A stretch of 64,000 nucleotides of DNA, taken from a virus. Shown one piece after another: positions 56,445 through 64,000 of the stretch. The stretch spans positions 35,659 through 99,658 of the IMG/VR virus record IMGVR_UViG_3300034072_001378, one strand, 5' to 3'. A program made the translations under genes and the position numbers. The first letter of the stretch is position 1, and each line of letters opens with the position of its first letter. The notes under the pieces are model-generated. The model did not search any database and was not told the origin of the DNA. It saw only the letters and a program-made list of their open reading frames with translations.

Positions 56445-57626
56445 TTGCAAAAATCAATTTATGATGAAACAATACAAAATATGTTCAGTAATAAAGACTA
56501 CACGGATGATTATATTTTTTACGCATGTCTTTTAAGTAAATGTAATGTTTATTTCTCAGATACATTAGAATCACCAGCAGGTGTTTCTTTTACAGATAAT
56601 TATAATCTATATATAAATTTAAAACTATTTTCTGAGTATTCTTTAGAAAATAGGATGGCAATTTTAAAACATGAAATGCTACACATTTTAAATGGGCATT
56701 TATTATATAGAAATGAAAATAAACATCACAAAAATTGGAATCTCGCGACAGATTGTGCAATTAATCAGTTAATAGATAAAAATCATTTACCTAGTAATTG
56801 TATAACACCTGAATATATAGAAGAATTAACAAAAGATAAGGTTAAAAAATTAGAACCATCTGAATATTATTATAATCTTTTAGAAAAATCAAATATAGAT
56901 ACTTCAGAATTAGATAAAAATATAGACGAACACGCGACATGGGAATTAAATGATTCAGAAATTTCTGAAGATGCACAAAAACAAATAACAACCGAAATGA
57001 TAGAAGAAACAATGCAGGAATCAATGAATATGATAGGTAATTATCCAAATAAATGTAGTACTTGGTTAGAAATAAATAAAAGAAAAACAAAAATAAATTG
57101 GAAAGCATTACTAAAAAACTATTTGAAAAGTTCAAATTATAAAAGAACAATATTTAAAAGAAATAGAAGAAATCCAGATAGAAAAGATTTAAAAGGTAAA
57201 ATTAATTTAAAAGAAACATCAATTTTATACATTATAGATGCTTCAGGTTCTGTTCAAAATTCTGCATTTAAAAAATTGAATTCAGAAATACTTTCATTGT
57301 GTTCAGAATTAAATATAGAAATTACCGCAATTCAAGTAGATACGGAAGCATCAGAACCAGAGAAATTAACTAAAACTATCAAAATGCTCCAAAGAAAAAG
57401 AAATGCAGGTACATTTTTAAGTTCTGGATTAGTTAAAGCAAAAGAGCATAAATTAAAATTTGATAGCATTATAATAAGTACAGACGGATATTTAGCACCA
57501 TCCGATATTGATGAATTTGTTAAAACAAAAAAGAAACTCATATTTTTAATTTCTAGTAATGGTTCGGATGAAGTATTCAAAAAATATAAAAATAAATTAA
57601 AATATATAAAATTACCAAAAGATTAA
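56445..57626 (+). CDS. HEXXH metallopeptidase plus vWA-like domain protein (DUF2201-like)
   Basis: LKHEMLHIL, WN.A.DCAIN, IDASGSV, GT.L..G, I..TDGY motifs; TTG start. Confidence 0.8.
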   Translation: MQKSIYDETIQNMFSNKDYTDDYIFYACLLSKCNVYFSDTLESPAGVSFTDNYNLYINLKLFSEYSLENRMAILKHEMLHILNGHLLYRNENKHHKNWNLATDCAINQLIDKNHLPSNCITPEYIEELTKDKVKKLEPSEYYYNLLEKSNIDTSELDKNIDEHATWELNDSEISEDAQKQITTEMIEETMQESMNMIGNYPNKCSTWLEINKRKTKINWKALLKNYLKSSNYKRTIFKRNRRNPDRKDLKGKINLKETSILYIIDASGSVQNSAFKKLNSEILSLCSELNIEITAIQVDTEASEPEKLTKTIKMLQRKRNAGTFLSSGLVKAKEHKLKFDSIIISTDGYLAPSDIDEFVKTKKKLIFLISSNGSDEVFKKYKNKLKYIKLPKD

Positions 57627-57681
57627 GAAAATTAATGTTTTTAGATATATAATTATCTTATATCTAAAGAAAGGATAAAAC

Positions 57682-57936
57682 ATGACAATAAAAATTGAAA
57701 ATATTCCAGATGGTCAAAAAATAAAAAGTATTAATTTTAATATTGATTTTGAATCAGGAGATTCTGAAACATTTGTTAAAATGCCTGTTGTTGAAAGACC
57801 ATCAACTCCTTATGAACAAATAATAGTTCCGATGAATACAACGGGTGTAAATGAAACTACACCAATCACAGCAGTAGATATTGAGCAAAGAGCACCTAAA
57901 GAGGTTCCAAACGAAATGCTAGATATGGAATTCTAA
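57682..57936 (+). CDS. hypothetical protein (paralogue of next ORF)
   Basis: C-terminal RAPKEVPNEMLDMEF. Confidence 0.55.
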   Translation: MTIKIENIPDGQKIKSINFNIDFESGDSETFVKMPVVERPSTPYEQIIVPMNTTGVNETTPITAVDIEQRAPKEVPNEMLDMEF

Positions 57937-58244
57937 TGGCTTTTAAATTATTAATAGAATGTTCAAAGGATATTGATACACTTCATATAAATTTTTCTGA
58001 TGGGACTTCTGTTGTTACTTCAAACGAAGATAAACCTGAAAAGGTTAAAGACAAAAATAAAGAGGAAAAATCAACTCAAGGTGAATCAAAAGAGCAAAAA
58101 GAACCAAAAAGAAAAAAATTAGAACAATATTTAGATACTGATGAAGATTTTACAGTTAATTCAGAAATTATTGAAAAACCAAAAATTGAAGATTTGGTTA
58201 GACCACCTAAGGTTACAGATGAACTTCAAAATTTAGATTTTTAA
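57936..58244 (+). CDS. hypothetical protein (paralogue of previous ORF)
   Basis: C-terminal RPPKVTDELQNLDF. Confidence 0.55.
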   Translation: MAFKLLIECSKDIDTLHINFSDGTSVVTSNEDKPEKVKDKNKEEKSTQGESKEQKEPKRKKLEQYLDTDEDFTVNSEIIEKPKIEDLVRPPKVTDELQNLDF

Positions 58245-58261
58245 GAAAACAAAGGAGATAA

Positions 58262-58642
58262 ATGAAAGCGATTAAAAAACAAATTAAAAGAAAATTTAGA
58301 ATACCATTAGAAGATGTTTTAATTAAAACATCTAAGGATAGTACTCAAAGATTAGCAAAAGCATATGAAGATGTTATTATTACCGAAGATGATGGAAGTG
58401 AATATAGTATGTCAAAGGAAACATTTCACAAAAAATATGATGTTATTAATAGTGAAGAAGCAATTTCAAAACCAAATAAAATAGATTTTGTTTTAAATAC
58501 AACAAATTTACCAATAGTTTTTACTGCTTCATGGGGTGAAGAAATTACTGCTTATCCAAATGCTGCAATTGTTATTGAGAATAGTAAATTTGGTTACGCA
58601 ATACAAGAAAAAGAATTTGCAGAAACATATAATATTGTTTAA
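58262..58642 (+). CDS. hypothetical protein (PGDYG-like)
   Basis: F.KKYD, ASWGE.I......IV, Y.I...EF.ETY pattern. Confidence 0.5.
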   Translation: MKAIKKQIKRKFRIPLEDVLIKTSKDSTQRLAKAYEDVIITEDDGSEYSMSKETFHKKYDVINSEEAISKPNKIDFVLNTTNLPIVFTASWGEEITAYPNAAIVIENSKFGYAIQEKEFAETYNIV

Positions 58643-58704
58643 AATACAAAAGAAATTAATACTTTGTGTATTAAAATACATTAAATTCAAAAACAAGGAG
58701 AATT

Positions 58705-59661
58705 ATGAAATATATATTAGCACAAGACGTTGGTTATGGTGACAATAAGTGCTGCTTAATGTCTGAAACAGGAGAGATTTTAAAAATCTTCAAATTCCCA
58801 TCTTTAGTGGGAATAACTAAAAAGAATGAATTTATTAATGATAATAGAATTTATGAATTTAAGGGGCATGCATATTATGTTGGTGAAAACGCTTCAACAT
58901 TACCATCAGAAAATTTAATCGATATTACAGAATATAAAAATTTAGAGTTTTTTGCACCATTGTTTTTATATCATACTTTAAAATTAATTGATGTTATTCC
59001 AGATGTTATTATTACTGGGTTATCAAAAGCACAAATTCAAAATTCAGGATATTTTAAAGAAGCTCTTCAAGAGTTTACTGTTAATACAGAAACATTTAAA
59101 TTCAACGATATTTATGTACTTCCACAAGGTGCTGGTTCTAAATTAACAATCGATAAATACGGAACAAACTTTCCACAAATTCAAACAGAATTTTTAGGAA
59201 ATAGTACGTACGTTGGGGTAGACGTTGGCATGAATACGCTGGACGTCTTTATGGTAACAGATGGAAAAACGTCCCCAACACTTTTCGAAGGAATTGAAAA
59301 AGAAGGTGTTATGAAAATCGCAACTGAAGTAGCTAAAAAAGTTAAAGAGCTACACGGTAGACAAATTACATTACAAGAAGCAAAAGAAGTACTAAACACA
59401 GGTATTTACAAATTAAGAAATGTTGAACACGATATGAAAGATTATGTTTCAGAAATTAAGAAACAATATTTAAAAGATTTATTGTCTTTAATTGAATCAA
59501 AATATGGTAAAGTACTAGATAAATGTAACTATATTTTCTTAAGCGGTGGTGGAAGTACATTCTTTAAAACAACAGAAGATGGATTTATTAGGGTACCAAA
59601 AACAAAACACGAATTTTACAATTCTATAGGGTTTGGATTGTTCGGGGTAACAAAAATATGA
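58705..59661 (+). CDS. actin-like ATPase of ParM/StbA type
   Basis: DVGYGDNK (phosphate 1), VLPQGAG, GVDVGMNTLDV (phosphate 2), LSGGGS (adenosine) motifs. Confidence 0.85.
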   Translation: MKYILAQDVGYGDNKCCLMSETGEILKIFKFPSLVGITKKNEFINDNRIYEFKGHAYYVGENASTLPSENLIDITEYKNLEFFAPLFLYHTLKLIDVIPDVIITGLSKAQIQNSGYFKEALQEFTVNTETFKFNDIYVLPQGAGSKLTIDKYGTNFPQIQTEFLGNSTYVGVDVGMNTLDVFMVTDGKTSPTLFEGIEKEGVMKIATEVAKKVKELHGRQITLQEAKEVLNTGIYKLRNVEHDMKDYVSEIKKQYLKDLLSLIESKYGKVLDKCNYIFLSGGGSTFFKTTEDGFIRVPKTKHEFYNSIGFGLFGVTKI

Positions 59662-59948
59662 CAATTTATACAGATGTTGAAATATCGCAAGAAGTTGAAG
59701 TTAATTTAGATATTGATGAAATTTATAAAAGTTTATCAAAATTTGAAAAAGAAGAACTTTTTGAACTTCTTTTGTCTGAAAAATATAGATACAATAAAGA
59801 TTATTATTTAGAAACTTTATTCTCAGGTAAAACAGATGCACAAATTCTTTCGAATAAGAAGACGATTGATAATTTAATTAGAATAATTAAATACAATCAC
59901 GTTGACCAATCTTTGGTTCAATATATAATTGAAGAACTTTCTTATTAG
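59658..59948 (+). CDS. hypothetical acidic protein coupled to the actin-like gene
   Basis: ATGA overlap with the ParM-like stop. Confidence 0.55.
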   Translation: MTIYTDVEISQEVEVNLDIDEIYKSLSKFEKEELFELLLSEKYRYNKDYYLETLFSGKTDAQILSNKKTIDNLIRIIKYNHVDQSLVQYIIEELSY

Positions 59949-60021
59949 TTCTTCAATTCTCAAAGAAAATTAATACTTTTGGTATTATAATTACATATAA
60001 ATTAAAACAAAAAGGAATAAA

Positions 60022-60723
60022 ATGAATAAACAATTAGTTGATACTTTATCACAATTAAATACAATTACAAACACATTAATCTTAAAACACCCAATTACAG
60101 TTGCTGCGTCAGAAGCAAAGGATATTTATGTTCACTTAGATGTTTCAGAAATTGATCAAAATTCGTTCCCAGATATTGGATTAAATGGGAATTTAGGAAA
60201 TTACTTAAATCTTTTTAAATTATTTGATGAAAATAGAATAGTAAATTATAATGGTGATACTATTGAAATTTCTTCTGATAAAATCACAAGTTCTTATATT
60301 TCAGATAATATCGCACTAATGGAATCATATAATATTAGTCCTGATCAATTTGATAAAACAGAACAAGTGCCAACAGTGTGTACAATTGATTTAACAGTTG
60401 ATGATATTAAAAAATTAAAATCAGCAACAGGTGTTTTCAAAGATTTATCTGAAATTATTTTTAAATGCAAGGATTCAGAAGTTTCATTATCATTAGGCGC
60501 AACAAGTAAATTTAATGCTAGAGATAACTCTTATAAAATTACTAAAGACTCAACGTCATCAAAAGATTTTGAAATTAAAATTCCTGTTGAGAATTTCAAA
60601 AAAATTCCTGAATCAGATTATACTTTAGAAATTAAATATAATGAATCAAGAGATGCATACAGATTATTATTAAAAAATAAAGCATTAACTGGATTAAAAT
60701 TAATTCTTTCTGTTATAAAATAA
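60022..60723 (+). CDS. gp45: DNA polymerase sliding clamp
   Basis: L..L..I.N.L, F..IG...L..YL.L..LF, size and position before gp32. Confidence 0.7.
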   Translation: MNKQLVDTLSQLNTITNTLILKHPITVAASEAKDIYVHLDVSEIDQNSFPDIGLNGNLGNYLNLFKLFDENRIVNYNGDTIEISSDKITSSYISDNIALMESYNISPDQFDKTEQVPTVCTIDLTVDDIKKLKSATGVFKDLSEIIFKCKDSEVSLSLGATSKFNARDNSYKITKDSTSSKDFEIKIPVENFKKIPESDYTLEIKYNESRDAYRLLLKNKALTGLKLILSVIK

Positions 60724-60925
60724 GAAATATAAATAATATAAATTCAAGGTTCTTAAATATACCTTGAATTTGATTATTCATTTTAGATAATTTTTTAAGT
60801 TATTTTTAATGAGTAATCAGGCTCAATATGTATTTTCGATAGATGTTTATAAATTATAAACAAACACTTCGATTTAACTTCGATAAAGTCCAACGAGACT
60901 CAAAAATAGAAAGGAAAAATAAACA

Positions 60926-61864
60926 ATGGAAAATTTAACAGTAAGCGCATTCGATTTCGATAATATGGTACAAGAAGTAGGAGCAGACCCTTTTGCAGCT
61001 CAATCAAATAAATATGCAGAAGATGATAGATTCTATAAATTGAAAAAAGATAAAGATGGAAATGGTGGAGCAGTAATCAGATTTTTACCTGATAAACACA
61101 AAAATATGATTATGCAAGTAAATAAAATTAATACAACAATTGAGAAAAATGGTAAAAAAAGATTTGTAAATGAATTATCACCAATTACAATCGGTGCAGC
61201 ATGTCCTTTCCAAGAAGAATGGGCAAGACTATGGAATGCAGGTGATAAAGAGGGCGCTAAAAAATTCAGTAGAGCAATTAGATATTATGCTAATATTAAA
61301 GTTATTAAAGATCCAGCAGCACCTGAAAATGAAGGTAAAATCTTCTTATTAGATATGTCTGGAACGTTAAAAGATAAAATTCAAAAAATTGTAAGTCCAT
61401 CTCAAGCAGATAAAGACTTGGGTGCAGTTGCAAAACAATTATTTAATCCAATGAAAGGTAATTCATTTAGATTAGTTGCAAGAAAAGGTACAAATGGTAT
61501 CACAAATTATGATAGTTCAGATGCAATTGCAGAAGAAACAGCAATTTATGACTCAATTGAAGCAGCTTTTGCAGATATTAGAGATAATGCTCATGATTTA
61601 AGTGATTTCAAAAAACCTGAAACATATTTATCATATGAAAAATTACAAGAAAAATTAAGATGGGTTACATTCTCAGATGCATCTCAAACTCCAGCAGTTC
61701 AAACTGTTGCTGCTGTTTCAGCACAAACAGAAATTAATGCTGCTACTTCTACAACAGCAACTGTTTCTACACCAGTTGAACAAATTTCAGTACCTGTTCA
61801 AACTGAATCTGCTCAGGAACAAAAATCACAATCATTAGACGACATGTTACAAGGCTTAATTTAA
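60926..61864 (+). CDS. gp32: single-stranded DNA binding protein
   Basis: DDRFYKL..DKDGNG.AVIRFLP, YANIKVIKDPA.PENEGK.F, acidic DDML tail. Confidence 0.93.
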   Translation: MENLTVSAFDFDNMVQEVGADPFAAQSNKYAEDDRFYKLKKDKDGNGGAVIRFLPDKHKNMIMQVNKINTTIEKNGKKRFVNELSPITIGAACPFQEEWARLWNAGDKEGAKKFSRAIRYYANIKVIKDPAAPENEGKIFLLDMSGTLKDKIQKIVSPSQADKDLGAVAKQLFNPMKGNSFRLVARKGTNGITNYDSSDAIAEETAIYDSIEAAFADIRDNAHDLSDFKKPETYLSYEKLQEKLRWVTFSDASQTPAVQTVAAVSAQTEINAATSTTATVSTPVEQISVPVQTESAQEQKSQSLDDMLQGLI

Positions 61865-61865
61865 T

Positions 61866-61889
61866 GAAAATCCCAAATCCGGGATTTTC
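61866..61889 (+). terminator. terminator-like hairpin after gp32
   Basis: gaaaatccc-aaatcc-gggattttc. Confidence 0.7.
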
Positions 61890-61912
61890 AAAACTAACAC
61901 AAAGGATTAATA

Positions 61913-63001
61913 TTGATTTTAATCGATTTTAGCAGTACAATGCATAGGATGATATATTCTGCATCCAAAGATTGTGAACCTCAAGAAGATGGTAAAATTA
62001 GAACAGAAGATTTTATATTTCTTACAAAATATTTAATTATACAAGAGATGCACAACATATATTCTGAACATAAAAATAAATTTGGTGATTTGGTTCTTTG
62101 TTTAGATAATTCACAAGGTGGATATTGGAGAAAAGATGTTTATGAAGGTTATAAAGCAAAAAGAAAATCAACAAAAGATGCATCACCATATAATTGGGAT
62201 GAAATATTTAATTACATTAACGAAATGCTAGATGTTTTTAGAGATCACTTACCTTGGAAAGTTGTTTCAGTTCCTAGAGCAGAAGCAGATGATATAATGC
62301 TGGTTCTAGCTAGACACTATAATCAATTTGAAAATATATTAATTCATTCACCTGATAAAGATATGATTCAAGCGCAAAAAGATTCGAGCGGGAAGGTTCA
62401 ACAATATAGCGCTTTAACAAAAAAATGGATTGTTCCAGAAAATAAACATGATGATATGGATGATTGGTTACTTGAACATGTTTGTCTTGGAGATGCTTGT
62501 GACGAGGTACCAAGAATTGTTGATGAAACAGTGTTTAGCGAAAACTTTTTAAAGTACTTAAAGGAAAATAATATTAGTGCAGAAACACCTATGGATTTTG
62601 AAAAATTAGATAATACATTAAAAAATGAACTACTGTCTAATTATAATGTTTATAAAACAAATAAAAAAGGTGAAGAAACCGAATTAGATATTTATTTTAA
62701 GGAAAGACTTGGATTAAGCACATTAAAGAAAAAGATTCAAAAAATAGGTTCTTTAGATGCATTTTTAGATTCACACCCCTTATATAGAAAACATTACAAC
62801 AGAAATTATACTTTGGTTATGGAAGAAGGAATCCCATCAGATGTTTGGAATAATATTCTTTTAGCATATAAAGAATCAAAATCAGAATTAAATTTAGTTC
62901 AATTTGAAAATTATTTAGATAAACACAATTTAGGTTCTTTAAAATTAACAATAGCATTTGAAAATACTAAAGAATTATCAGCGGAAGACTTTGGATGGTG
63001 A
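61913..63001 (+). CDS. rnh: RNase H / 5'-3' flap exonuclease (T4 rnh-like)
   Basis: ILIDFS, YWRK.VY..YK.KR, EADDI, SPDKDM.Q, GD..D.VP, Y.RN..LV motifs; TTG start. Confidence 0.9.
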   Translation: MILIDFSSTMHRMIYSASKDCEPQEDGKIRTEDFIFLTKYLIIQEMHNIYSEHKNKFGDLVLCLDNSQGGYWRKDVYEGYKAKRKSTKDASPYNWDEIFNYINEMLDVFRDHLPWKVVSVPRAEADDIMLVLARHYNQFENILIHSPDKDMIQAQKDSSGKVQQYSALTKKWIVPENKHDDMDDWLLEHVCLGDACDEVPRIVDETVFSENFLKYLKENNISAETPMDFEKLDNTLKNELLSNYNVYKTNKKGEETELDIYFKERLGLSTLKKKIQKIGSLDAFLDSHPLYRKHYNRNYTLVMEEGIPSDVWNNILLAYKESKSELNLVQFENYLDKHNLGSLKLTIAFENTKELSAEDFGW

Positions 63002-63025
63002 AAATAATAAGAAAGGAGAAATAAA

Positions 63026-63550
63026 ATGATAACATTTAGAGAATGGTTAAACAAAGACATAGTAGAATCAGGAAATTCAGCAAGTAAAGTTACTTGGAGA
63101 AAAGACGGAAATGCTAAAATTGGAGAATTTCAAGTAACATCACCAAAAACAAAAGAAATAAGTAATTTTACAATAGTAATAAATAAAAAAGAAAAATATA
63201 AAGGTTATTTACTTAAAGATATTGAAATATTTGAATTTAAGTTCTATGACTCTGACGGAAATATAGAACTTGTAAATAATATGGAATTTGTTCTTGGTGT
63301 TGGGCCAACAATTAAAAAGGAGTTCAGCAATTTACTAGATTCAAGACCAGAAGCAGTAATTTTTAGTGCAGATAAATACGAAAAATCAAGAGTAAAACAC
63401 TATGATAAGTTCGCAAAAAAGATAGCAGATGAATATAATTATGAAATATTCTTTAAAACCGCAATAACATCTGGAGATGATGAATATTGTTTAGTGAGAA
63501 AAGATAAAATTCAAGATTTTAAAAATAACTTTATAACAACAAAAATTTAA
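63026..63550 (+). CDS. putative internal head protein
   Basis: MITFREWLNKDIVES leader; P..VIFSA....SR...Y..FAKK motif. Confidence 0.55.
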   Translation: MITFREWLNKDIVESGNSASKVTWRKDGNAKIGEFQVTSPKTKEISNFTIVINKKEKYKGYLLKDIEIFEFKFYDSDGNIELVNNMEFVLGVGPTIKKEFSNLLDSRPEAVIFSADKYEKSRVKHYDKFAKKIADEYNYEIFFKTAITSGDDEYCLVRKDKIQDFKNNFITTKI

Positions 63551-63567
63551 GCTCAAAAGAGCTTAAA
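63546..63567 (+). terminator. hairpin at end of gene
   Basis: tttaagctc-aaaa-gagcttaaa. Confidence 0.55.
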
Positions 63568-63617
63568 TTAATATCTATTAATATATAATATCTTAAATAA
63601 ACTCTCAAAGGAACTAA

Positions 63618-64000
63618 ATGATCAGTTCAATAAATAAAAAATACTTTTTAACTGCTGTTTCAGGAACAAGAATAGGAAAACAAACTGATGTTGATATAGC
63701 AGTAAGATGCCCAATTTGCGGTGATTCATCAAAAAACCAAAGATCTACAAGACTGCACTTATTTCATAAAAATGGTAAAGATTCAATTAAATGCTTTAAC
63801 GGAGATTGTGCTCTGTCTGATGGAACTCAAAGCACACAGTCATTTTTATATAATTTCTTCCCAAAATTATATGAAAATTATAAAAGAGAAACATTTCTAA
63901 ATAGAATAGATAATTTTAAAGATAATACGGATGTTTTTTCAAATATTAAAGAAGAAATTATCCAAATTAAAGAAGAATCACAAAAACCTTTAACACATAA
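63618..64000 (+). CDS. gp61: DNA primase N-terminus (3'-truncated by window edge)
   Basis: RCPICGDS.K...R ... CFNGDC zinc-binding domain, FL..F.P.LYE.YK.E; frame runs off the window. Confidence 0.85.
   Translation, partial: MISSINKKYFLTAVSGTRIGKQTDVDIAVRCPICGDSSKNQRSTRLHLFHKNGKDSIKCFNGDCALSDGTQSTQSFLYNFFPKLYENYKRETFLNRIDNFKDNTDVFSNIKEEIIQIKEESQKPLTH

Noticed and set aside
63790-63840. Intein start at CALSDGT in the primase
   Set aside because: The Cys completes the CFNGDC zinc finger and normal primase sequence (FL..F.P.LYE.YK.E) resumes within about 12 residues

Overview
AT-rich 64 kb segment of a large T4-like myophage genome. It resembles Campylobacterota phages by inference from gene content and promoter style. 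It contains head genes (gp4, gp14, gp20, gp21, gp22, gp23), tail and baseplate genes (two sheath paralogues, several tube-fold genes, gp3, gp5, PAAR, gp6, gp25, gp26, gp48, gp53), a tail-fibre cluster, early-promoter-driven accessory genes, and the start of the replication/transcription module (gp55, gp33, EndoVII, gp45, gp32, RNase H, primase). Four features stand out. (1) A complete diversity-generating retroelement (target fibre with VR, 8-bp GAAA hairpin, avd, TR, RT); all 13 TR/VR mismatches over 97 bp fall at TR adenines. (2) A tail sheath gene split into six exons by five group I introns, each with a U-G P1 splice site and terminal G, rejoining to a 640-aa protein; the introns are mosaics of each other and one carries a decayed HNH gene. 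(3) Eight unrelated genes share an N-terminal F(R/K/L)(E/D)(W/Y)(L/V) leader resembling the T4 capsid-targeting signal, with cargoes that include ART-like and HEXXH domains. (4) A mini IS200/IS605 (tnpB remnant) at the gp7-like stop codon, a ParM-like actin, a three-copy covarying stem-loop motif and a dispersed intergenic repeat cassette. All protein calls come from motif recognition by eye; no database search was run.
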